64,000 nucleotides of DNA. Source: Narcine bancroftii (lineage: Eukaryota). Of this stretch, positions 1-10,269 are shown one piece after another; positions within the stretch are counted from its first letter, which is position 1, and every line of letters begins with the position of its first letter. The notes below the pieces were generated by a model that saw nothing but the letters and a program-made list of their open reading frames with translations, did not search any database and was not told the origin of the DNA. The DNA lies in contig NC_091469.1 of the NCBI RefSeq assembly GCF_036971445.1, positions 303,242,001-303,306,000 on the forward strand, read 5' to 3'. The position numbers and the translations under genes are program-made.

Positions 1-71
1 CAGCAGGCAAGAGCAATTTCATGTAATATGACACTTTTTATTACAATGACAATAAACTGAATCTTGAATCT
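1..71 (+). mobile_element. 3' end of non-coding retroposon family (same family as 19525-20304)
   Basis: gcaggcaagagcaattt..tacaatgacaataaa..gaatcttgaatct is the reverse complement of the start of 19525-19600. Confidence 0.6.
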
Positions 72-243
72 AATCCCACTTTTGCAACAGGAAGAAAAGA
101 AATAAGGTTTGTCAGGAAAATACACCCTTTAACTTTAATTTAATATGCCAGAATGTTTATGGAATTAGTTTGTTGCTAAATCCATAATGTTTTTAACACA
201 TACATATGCTTGAGTAACGATAGCTGATAATAATGATTGATAG

Positions 244-591
244 TGTTGCGAATGATATTTGTGCTCATACACAATCATGTTGAATTAATGAGTCCACACC
301 TGAAGTTGTCAGCCACCGAGGAGAGAAGCATTTATTACAGTGTTATCAGGCTTAATTTAGACACACAACATGTGACCTGGCGTCATGACATCTGAAGTGC
401 TAACGACCTCATGACGTAGCTACGTTGAGTCGGCCAAGGCTTCTTAGTAGATGGACGAGTGCTGCTGAGTCACCATTGCCTCATGGATATAATGGCTAGT
501 TTCCAAAAGATAGGAGGCTGTTGAGTCTAGCTTCACAAAACAGGAGCTGTTAGCTCTGGTTCTTCCCACTCCCTCCAAGCGTACCACTACA
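244..591 (-). mobile_element. Solo LTR (348 bp)
   Basis: TG...CA termini (tgttgcg / cactaca), 4-bp TSD ATAG at 240-243 and 592-595, tttatt (minus-strand polyA signal) at about 330, CpG-richer than flanks. Confidence 0.7.
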
Positions 592-869
592 ATAGTGCCT
601 CGGTCATTAATTTGTAAATTATTTCATTTTTAAATGCTTGTATTGTTATAAAAGTACTGAGGTTCTCATTTAGTGATTGGACAAACAGAAATTACATCCC
701 AGCCATTTGCTTCTGGAATGAATATAAAAGATCCTATGACACAATTTGAATGCATGTGGGGTTTTGATCTTTTTCCAACTCATAACCAACATGATGAGAA
801 CATAACAGCATTACATTTTTGTTACTTTTTTTAGGAGCTTTCTGTGTTTGAATTTGCTACCAAAGAGCG

Positions 870-970
870 AAAAAAAAAGTTTGCACTTCAAAAGCACTTT
901 ATTGATTGGAGATTATCTTCAGGTGCTCTGATGTGGCAAAAGATGTAATAAAAATGCAAATCATTCTTTT
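870..970 (+). mobile_element. Degenerate 3' tail of Deu/SacSINE-type SINE or L2
   Basis: cacttcaaaagcactttattgattg..aaaagatgtaataaaaatgcaaatcattcttt resembles the L2-derived tail. Confidence 0.4.
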
Positions 971-1624
971 ATTATCATGGTATAAAAGAGGAACAAATTT
1001 GTGGGGTTTTTTTTGTGGGGCTCATCAGTTGCATTTATGATTTAAATTAATGCATCTATAATTTTAAAACGTGTTCAAATGGAAATTACCTAAATGTATG
1101 ATGACTCCTGAAGAATTTTGCAATTCTTCCTCATTGGGAAAAAAAATGTGTATGCATATAATTTCAAGATGATCAAATGCAATGACATTGGACAGGTCAC
1201 AAAAGCCTGAGTTGATAATGAATGCAAGGTTGAATGAAAATTCCAGAGTTTTGTTTCTTCTTGACTTTGGAATTGGAGAGGAAATTGATGATTTAAAAAA
1301 AAATCATGAATGGCATTAAGCCTTGTTACAGAGATTTTTGTAAAAGTTTCACATCTATGGATTAGGTTCATATGTTTACTATCACTACAGCACTGGTCAA
1401 AGTGTAAATGTGCTGAGGCAGTAAGCACATTAAAGTCATTAATCATACACCAATTCAAGCTCCTTGAATAATTGGTTGAATTGATCTGCAGTCTGCAAGA
1501 GAAATTTGCTAAGCTGCCTTTTTCCTAGGTCAAAGCTGATTTTTTTTGGTTGCAGTAATCAACATCAGTGATTTGGTACAAAGGAAGGATCAAAAGGTTA
1601 TATGAGCAGCACATTCCTGTAGAT

Positions 1625-1996
1625 CAGTGGTCCTCAATCTTTTTCTTTCCACCACATACCACTTTAAGTAATCTCTATGCCATAAGTGTTCCGTGATTAG
1701 TAAGGGATTGCTTAAGGAGGTTTGTGAGTGAGAAGGGAAGGTTGAGAATCACTGCTCTCGACCCAATTTTTACTGAAATATTTTGCTTGAGAAGAATTGT
1801 CATTGGCCCGTTTCCTTTGGAGTTATGAAACTATGCACATAACGAGTCAATTAGGTGCGATTAAAACAGTGGTTTTCAAACTTTTTCTTTCCACCTTCAT
1901 ACCACCTTAAGCAATCCTTTACTAATCACGGAGCACCTATGGCATGGGAATACTAAAGTGGTATATGAGTGGAAAGAAAAAGATTGAGAACCACTG
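1625..1996. mobile_element. Composite hAT (Charlie-like) MITE, copy 1: two inverted ~130-bp units (1625-1754, 1867-1996) plus a 112-bp spacer
   Basis: TIR cagtgg(t/c)tctcaa / ttgagaaccactg; 8-bp TSD ctgtagat/ctgtatat; each unit has its own TIR pair. Confidence 0.9.
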
Positions 1997-2143
1997 CTGT
2001 ATATGTAGGAAGACATCAACAAAATTATTGCTATTATTTACCAACTTGAATATTCTACTTTGGTTTTACACTCCCACCTGCCACCAGTTTAATTTTTAAA
2101 CATATGTCATGATGACCTCTTGTATTTCTTGTTGAAATATGTT

Positions 2144-2934
2144 CAGTACAACTCTGAATATTCTGAATCAGATTCTCCAAAATCCTCATTTATCCAATTT
2201 TTTTTTCTCGGAGCCAAAATGACCTCACAGATTTGAAAAAAAGAATTCACTCGACACGAAATTAGAACAATTGTCCCTGTTTCATTTAACCCCCTTCCCT
2301 TTCTCTTTCCATTTCTTCTTTACCTACCCCTATTGACTTTTCTCTCCAACTCTCCCTCGCAAGCTGTGTCCCACTGTTTCCCAGCCACAAGCGTTTGGAA
2401 GAATCCCTTGTTCCGACATCATCAAGGAGAGCGGCATCCTGGGCAGCAGTAGGACCTTGGGTCCAGGGCCAGAGCGGCATTCCCTCCTATCCTCTTCCCT
2501 CCCTCCCTCCTCGGCACAGCGAAGCTCCCAATTCTGAACCCTCCCCTCGGTCTACTATTGCACATGCACACTGGTAGGGAAAATTCTGAGTCGGGACTTG
2601 GGTGTCACAGGCTCCGGTGACTGAGGAGACAAGAACCCACCGACTCACCAATGAGTGTTTCGCTGGCCCGGGAAGCTTCTCTGGGATCAGTGGCAGCGGT
2701 GGGTTCATGTCGGGGATCAGCAGTGTTGAGGCCCGCAATTTTTTTGGTAAGAATTCAAATTTATTTTAATGCTCAAAAAAACTTCCCTTGTTGTTTGTTG
2801 TTGTTTAACCATTGATGGAAGTGAATTGCTTGTGTGACTGGGCTGTTTTTAAAAAGTGACCAGTTCTCCAAAAGAAAAATGTTTATCCAATATAAGCCTG
2901 GTCCTGACCATTTTGGATAAGTGGAGTTGTACTG
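2144..2934. mobile_element. Non-autonomous Tc1/mariner (Tigger/pogo-like) element
   Basis: TIR cagtacaactc / gagttgtactg with subterminal ttatcc/ggataa motifs; GC-rich interior; TA TSD degenerate. Confidence 0.65.
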
Positions 2935-2969
2935 TGTTTCATTATTTATTCCTTCATTCAAGAAGGAAG

Positions 2970-4253
2970 GTGACCAAGAAGAATAGTGTGAGCTGCCTCA
3001 ATGACGATCACCCAATGGCACTAACTGCTACTGTGATAAAATGCTTTGAGAGGCTGGTCATGGAGAGAATTAACACATACCTAAACAAAGATCTAGACCC
3101 ACAGCAATTCACCTATCATCGCAATCACTCCACAGCAGATGCAATATCAGCTCTGGAACATCTCAAAAACAGCAACACATTGACTACAGCTCAGCCTTCA
3201 ATACCATTACTTCTTCAGTGGTGGTTAAGAAGCTACAAACTCTGGGCATCTGTACCCGCCTCTGCAACTGGATCCTTGTCTTTCTCATCAGAAGTCCACA
3301 GTCAGTACGAACTGGAAACAGCATCTCCTCCTCACTGATTATCAACACAAGGTCTCCTCAAGGATGCATGCTTACCCCACCGCTCTACTTGTTATAAACC
3401 CATGACTGTGTGGTCATGCAAAATTCCAATGCTATCTACAAGTTTTCCAATGACACCACAGTTGTCAGTAGAATCAGAAATGGCAATGAGGAAGCATACA
3501 GGAGGGAGATAGATCAGCTCGTTGAATGATGTAATGACAACAACCTTGCACTCAACATTACCCAAAAACAAGGAGATGATTGTGGACTTCAGAAGGAAGT
3601 CAGGGGATTGTGACCCAATCCTCATCGAAGGATTTAGTAGTGGAGAGGGTCAAGAACTTCAAATTCTCAAGAACAATCATCTCCAAGAATCTCTTCTGGA
3701 GCCTCCATGTTGATGCAATCACAAAGATGGCCCGCCAGAGGCTATACTTTGTGAGGTGTTTGAGGAGATATGGTATGTCACCAAAGACTCTCAAAAACTT
3801 CTACAGGGGTACTCTGGAGGGAATTCTGGCTGGTTGCATCACTGTCTGGTACAGAGGCACCAAATCTCAGGACAAGAAAAAAACTCCAGATAGTTTTTAA
3901 CTCAGCCTGCGACATTACAGGCACCAGATTTCACTCCATCGAGGACATCTACATGAAGCGGTGTTTGGGAAAAAAAAAAGCAGCCTCTATCCTCAAAGAC
4001 TCACACCACCCAGGCCCTGCCCTCTTCTACCATTGAGAAGGAAGTACAGGAGCCTAAAGCCGAGCACTCAGTGGCATAAGGACAGCTTCTTCTCCACTGC
4101 CCTCAGACTCCTGAATGGTCAATGAATCTTACTTTTTGTGCACTACTATTTTAATTTTTTAAATTTATTTTTGTTTTAAGATGGTTCATAATGATTCTGC
4201 CGCAAAACACTGAATTCTGCGACTTGTTCATGACAATAAATTCTGATTCTGAT
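2970..4253 (+). mobile_element. Rex1/Babar-type LINE, 5'-truncated, frameshifted RT
   Basis: Peptides SCLND..PMALTATVIKCFERLV, LDPQQF, KEMIVDFR, ARQRLYFVRCLRRYGM, ILAGCITVWY; 3' end gacaataaa(ttctga)n. Confidence 0.9.
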
Positions 4254-5132
4254 TTTTTCTAGTGCCTGTGTCAGAAATCTCCTTGGTTCAGTCAGCTGCA
4301 TCTAATAAATGTTGATGATATTTTTTTTTAATTAAAAATAGTAATAATAAAATGTTATCTTTTCATTGTTTTTAATCAGTACAAGTAACTAAACACTGTG
4401 TTCAGTTGTATCAATTTTTAAAAATGCCTCAATTTGTGTAACTTATTCCCTCTATTGAAATGAATGGGGTGGAATGTCCAGCTTTAGCCTTGCGTAGGTT
4501 GATTAAGTTATGGTGAATCTCTTCAGCTTTGTGTTCCCATGCCAACAAACAGCTATCTCTACGTCTATGCTGATATGTGCAGAGATCTTGAATTTTTTTT
4601 TTCCCTGAACAGGTAGCATTAGCCAGCAGTTATGGTACCTGCTTTTTCTATCGAATCTGAGCCACTAATCTTCAATGCATAAAACATTTTTTTTTTAAAT
4701 GGCAGTCGATGCCCGAGGTCTCTCATCTGTTGGTTGTTTTGATATCAGTCAAAAATGCCTTGGATGTGACAACTTTAAAAGCATCTGAGATATCTTTAGT
4801 GTATTATTAATGAAAGCTCTTGTTTCAGATCTCCTTTTATGTGCTGATCCATATAACCAGTCAGCATATTGTTTCATTTGTAAATCTGTCTCTCTGAAGA
4901 TTATCCAATCCTCCAGTGTTCATGGTTCCCTGCAATGAGAATCTGAGTGAATGCAGAAAATGAAACCTTCTCACAACTGAGGGCCTTGCCTTCCCTGAGC
5001 AGAGTTGACAACTAATTCTTCACTTTTATCAGATCAGTGGTGTGCTCAATAAATGGCAGCGTGCTGCATGTCTGGTGTTGTGAGTTTGTTCTGCTTAAGT
5101 GCATTCAACAGTCAGAAGACAATCGTGTAGGG

Positions 5133-5798
5133 CACACATGTCAAACTCAGGCCCGTGGGCCAAATTTGGCCCGTGATATAATTATATTTGGCCCGCAAGA
5201 TCATATCAAATATGTATTAGAGCTGGCCCGCTGGCTGCCGCGTGCACAGCTAATACTACAAATCCCAGAATGCTTTGCAAATGCGTTGGCGCCTGCCCGT
5301 CAGCCCGCTAATCGCCCCCACCTCCTCTCTACTTTCATTAGCATCTGTGACCTGTCGCCCAACTCACATGTAGTAAACCCCTTACGAAAAATGGCCAAAC
5401 AAAAGACAGAAAACAGGACCTTTCAAGACAGGTGGGAGACAGACTATATGTTCATCATTTTAAAAGACAAACCTGTTTGTCATTGAAGCAAGTTGTTATT
5501 TTTTTTGACTTGTTGGCTTGTGAAAAAAAATATATTTTAAAGGAGCTTAAAGGCTATAGAGAAATATTATTTATTTAATATTTTATTTCTCATTTGTTAA
5601 TGCTTCTTCTGGAAAGAGTTTAACCAAAACTATTATTAAACATTTATTTTAATAAGAAAAAGTTTAACATTACATCTGGTGAAAGAAGAGAAAACATGCA
5701 GATGTTGTTGAAAATTTTCAATAAATATTTAGTTTGGCCCATAACTTAGTCCAAGTTTTTAATTTTGGCCCTCTGTGAATTTGAGTTTGACACCCCTG
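5133..5798 (+). mobile_element. Non-autonomous hAT (Charlie/SPIN-group) element, copy 1; retains transposase N-terminus MAKQKTENRTFQDRWETDYMF..KPVC (5391-5486)
   Basis: TIRs cacacatgtcaaactc / gagtttgacacccctg; subterminal ggcccg repeats; TSD gtgtaggg / gtgt(g)aggg; near-identical to 42396-43197. Confidence 0.9.
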
Positions 5799-6914
5799 GT
5801 GTGAGGGGCATTGTTCTCACTTCCAAGCAGAGACTTGTGACTGGTTTGATGGCTAGAGCAGGTAAAACTTGGATATGGTACTTTTCAAAAATTATTGGGA
5901 TTACAAATATAAATGTTTCATTTGGATGCTAAGAAATTACTACATTTATACACAAAATCAACAGAAATGTGTAAGGAAGAAGGAATTAAAATGTCTTGCT
6001 CTTTAGCTGAAATTTTATTTTAAATATCTTGTAATATCAGAACTCTTTTGTAGATGCTGCAATTTGCTTGAAGCATTTGCTATCTTTTTTTTCTTATTTA
6101 GGAATGTTTCAGGATGTTCAGCAAGCATAACTTTATTGCAGTAAGTTTTGTAAATTCTAGCATGACTTTGCCTCATTACTCTATAACGACTCAAAAAACT
6201 GCAGATGTTGGAGCCCTAAAATAAAAGAAACAAAATGGAATCGGTTCAGGTAACATCTATGGGAAGAGTAAGAGAATGAAAGTTACAGGTCCAAATCTTT
6301 TAATCGGTTTTGACTTGAACTGCAGAGAATTTCTAGCATTTTCTGCTTTGAACATAAATTGCTAATTTAGTTTCATGACCATCTGGATTTTTAAGCTCTT
6401 CAACATTGCAGCCATATCTTTAGCTCTGACATCTTTCCCCAAACTTTTCTGCCTTTCCACATCTCTTTCCTCCTTTCTGTCCCGATCTTTCCTGATGTGG
6501 GTTGGCATCAATCTTTGATTTCCTTGTCATGCCTGTCATATTGAAAAAGGAATTAGTTGTTGCTTTGACTCCTGTGGGAGCCTATTTTCACAAGTTCCCT
6601 ATGACAATATTTATGTTAAAACATTTTGTCAGAGTAGCATGGGACATGTTGTAGCTTGACACCTCTTCATTTTCTGAAAATAGTGATGTCCAACTGTCAG
6701 AACAAAGAAATGCTAAATTTAGCAAACTCTGGAAATGGTAGTGTGAGGCAAAACAGGTTTGTTTCAGAAACAACTGCAAGTTGATTATCCATTGAAGGCC
6801 TCCACCACTTTGCATATAAAAAATATTTGTTTTTTACAGAAACATAATGAAAATCATTGTTAATCTTTATGCCATTGATTATGATCGCATTCAATTACAA
6901 ACCATCTTGATGTC

Positions 6915-7095
6915 AGCAACAAGCAATCTGCTGGAGGAACTGAGTTGGTCAAACATTTGTGCGAGAAAAAGAATTTGGGATGAAACCCTTAGTCGATTCA
7001 TCATTCATATTTTTCCCACTGATGCTGCTTGGCGCACTAAATTTCTCCACCAGGTTGTTGGTTGTTCCAGATTCCAGCATCTACAGATTCCAATG
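6915..7095. repeat. Degenerate Penelope-derived inverted repeat
   Basis: aatctgctggaggaactgag ... aatttctccaccagg..gttccagattccagcatctacag; same arms as 28016-28255. Similar remnants at ~6190-6350, ~13050-13140, ~15650-15700, ~21820-21910, ~47810-48000 and ~63540-63670. Confidence 0.55.
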
Positions 7096-7393
7096 CTTCT
7101 CATCTCATGCTATTGGAGGAGAAAGAAAAAAATATTTTTGACAGATGACCCATTATTGAGGTCAGAAAGCCTGGTTTACTAATGTGGTCCCAGAAAAAAA
7201 AAAAATCAATGAAAGTTATTCTTCTGCAACGTCAAAGGATTTCTTTTGTGTCCATGTTTGAGAGTACTATGGTGTAATTAGAGGCTTTCAATTTTCAAAG
7301 AATGTTCTATATTCTGCACTTCATTAAAAGCACAAAATTAGCAGAGAAACTCAGCACATGTCACATAGATATTCGATTATGAGCAAGGTTTAA

Positions 7394-7631
7394 GGGTGGC
7401 ATGGTGTGCGTGATGCTATTAGGGCACCAGCGACTCTGGGTTATATCCGGTACTGTCTGTAAAGAGTTTGTATGTTTTCCCCATGTCTGTGTGGGATTTC
7501 TCTAGTGCTTTGGTTTCCTCCCACCCTCCAAAACACATGGGTCCATTGGCTAATTTAGGTATGATTGGGTGACACGGGTTTAAATAGCCAAAATCGGTTT
7601 CTACAATGCTGTATATAAAATTTAAATTAAA
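7394..7631 (+). mobile_element. tRNA-derived SINE (HE1/V-SINE-like)
   Basis: gggtggcatgg head, ctgtctgtaa(a/g)gagtttgtatgttctcccc core, ggtttcctccc V-domain, CR1-like tail. Confidence 0.8.
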
Positions 7632-8790
7632 CTTACCCGATTTACCAATTCTGTTGAATTCTTCAAAAAGAAGCATTAAGCTGCTTCATTTTCCACAAAT
7701 GTTGCTTGCCTTGCAGAAAGTTTCCTGCATTTTCTATTTTTACATGAGAAATAATGTTTCACTATTAGATCAACACATCGAACAAAGCGAAAAACAATAT
7801 TTATAAGAATGTCTGTTCATCTCAGGGGAACATCTATAAATGTGTCTGATCTCAATGGCTCCTCAACAGGTGTCAATATTTGATGGGCCAGATATTTTAT
7901 GTTCAGTAGCAAATATGTTAACAGTAAAAGTTATAAAGAATAACTTGTATTCATTTCAACAATAAATTGTTCATTTGTCAAAGGAGTTTCATAAATAACA
8001 ATTTCCCTTGGAAGGTTAAGATGAAATGGTTACAAGTGGACAAACAAATGTTAATGATTCTGTGTTGTAGCATTCAGAAATAATTACATATATACTGCTA
8101 ATGTTATCCATGATTTGGAATGGAAAATAATACAGGCTTATGGCACACTTTGATTCTGTGGGCAATGATAAAGAGCCTTTCTTATGGCTAGAAATAAAAG
8201 ACACAGATAAAATTTATGTTAATATATTTTTATGTCACAACAGCAGCTACAGGCTTCCATTCACAGCTCAAGTGTTGCATATATTGGACTCTGATTTTCT
8301 CGGGGATTGTGCCATTGTAAGGAGTGGTGAACCTTGAACAAGGAGATAATGAAACGTTGACTTGAGTTATAAATTTGGCCATTCCACATTTTTTGGGACT
8401 TTTATGGCATCTTACACTTTCCTTGACTGGAAAATCAATTAGAAAGTTATTATTATAACTCCACCCCATTAATGTCAATGAAAAGAACCATTTTCATGTC
8501 TTGAAATCAATTTTCATACAACTGATCTATGAGACCTGGCAGTGATGTAATTCATGTTCCATGTCTAAGGTTAAATATCCAATAGTTAAAATTGTACAGA
8601 TGCTGAATGTAAAGTACAATTAAAATCTTTTAAGTATCCTTTTCAGAGTGTGAGATTTACAAGTTTAACACAGTCACACTGGCAGTAGGTCAGGACCCCA
8701 TTAAATTTGAGCCAATGTTCTGAATTTAAATGATACTTCGCTGTTTGCCCTGCACTATTCAATTTCACAAAATCCACTAGTATGCATGTA

Positions 8791-9013
8791 CAGCAAAACC
8801 CCTGGTATCTAGCACCTACAGGGATTTGTAGGTGCCAGATAAGCACATTTTCTGTTTGCTGGAGACTGTGTTGCATGAATGGAAAACTAATGGCAAGGCC
8901 TGTCCAAAAAAAAAAGATTCTGTATTTTTTTACCCATCTATTTTCTGCAATTTATTTTGCTGGTTGCTTGAGGTTGCCAGTTGCTTGAATTCCAGATAAC
9001 AGGGATTTTACTA
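8791..9013. mobile_element. Tigger/pogo-like MITE
   Basis: TA-cagcaaaacccctggtatct ... agataacagggattttacta-TA; homologous to 35800-36023 and to the 3' end at 12560-12662. Confidence 0.75.
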
Positions 9014-9477
9014 TATCTTCTAATATTTGTATTGAGTTAAACAATTTTGTTTTAATCAGCCTGAGTATGTTGATAACTTAAAAAAGCTCAGAAACAAAGA
9101 TTCAGCATCAAATCAACCTGTCATTTTATTTGCTGTGAGATTATTTATCTTCTTCCAATTTAAATTTTACAGTAAATTTTCCTCAAGATCCTATTTAACT
9201 TGTTAGGAATTCACAACATTTGTTGTTAAATGGGTGTAATTCTTCTGCTTAGAGCCCAAGGTCTTCTTTAGAAATCATAAGAAGGGAGAATTTGTGTGAC
9301 TGAAAAGCTTGTGTAGCACCAATTAATTGAAACATTAAATACATGATTCGAAGTGAAGTTTAAATATTTTGTCTAAATCCGGATCAGAGTACAGGGAGGA
9401 TGTTATACCTGTAGTTTATTTTTATAGGTTATTTTTCCCCAGGGTAACTCAAATATTGCAGTGTGTTTTAGAAAGAC

Positions 9478-9974
9478 AGTACTCGAGATGGCAGAGGTCG
9501 ACAGCATCGAGTCCACGCTGCTGAAGATCCAGCTGCGCTGGATGGGTCACGTCTCCAGAATGGAGGACCATCGCCTTCCCAAGATCGTATTATATGGCGA
9601 GCTCTCCACTGGCCACCGTGACAGAGGTGCACCAAAGAAAAGGTACAAGGACTGCCTAAAGAAATCTCTTGGTGCCTGCCACATTGACCACTGCCAGTGG
9701 GCTGATAACGCCTCAAACCGTGCATCTTGGCGCCTCACAGTTTGGCGGGCAGCAGCCTCCTTTGAAGAAGACCGCAGAGCCCACCTCACTGACAAAAGGC
9801 AAAGGAGGAAAAACCCAACACCCAACCCCAACCAACCAATTTTCCCTTGCAACCGCTGCAATCGTGTCTGCCTGTCCCGCATCGGACTGGTCAGCCACAA
9901 ACGAGCCTGCAGCTGACGTGGACTTTTTACCCCCTCCATAAATCTTCGTCCGCGAAGCCAAGCCAAAGAAAGAA
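9478..9974 (+). mobile_element. RTE-clade (RTE-BovB class) LINE 3' fragment, copy 1
   Basis: Open frame LRWMGHVSRMEDHRLPKIVLYGEL..G.PKKRYKDCLK..CNRCNRVCLSRIGLVSHKRAC; short gccaa/aaag tail. Confidence 0.9.
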
Positions 9975-10269
9975 TTGAAGAGGAGTAAGGAACATGACTG
10001 GTTACACTGATCAGAGACCTTGATCTGCTTGTAATTATGAAATTAATTACCAGCAGAAAAACAGGAAAATGTATATCTACCCTACACATCTAAGGAAAAT
10101 AATATTTATTTCATAAAGCCAAACAAGTTAAATGTGAATATTTACAGCCAATCATTTGTTTTGGGGACAAGAGAACAATAATTAGAAGATCATAGGGTTT
10201 TTTTTTCCAGAACTTTTACTGGATTGTGATGTCCCAAGAATTGCAGACAGTGATAAAATGAGGCTGATA

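Noticed and set aside
5037-5486. 149-aa ORF as a domesticated transposase gene
   Set aside because: Only the last ~31 aa are transposase; the rest is read-through of flank and TIR, and the element is internally deleted.
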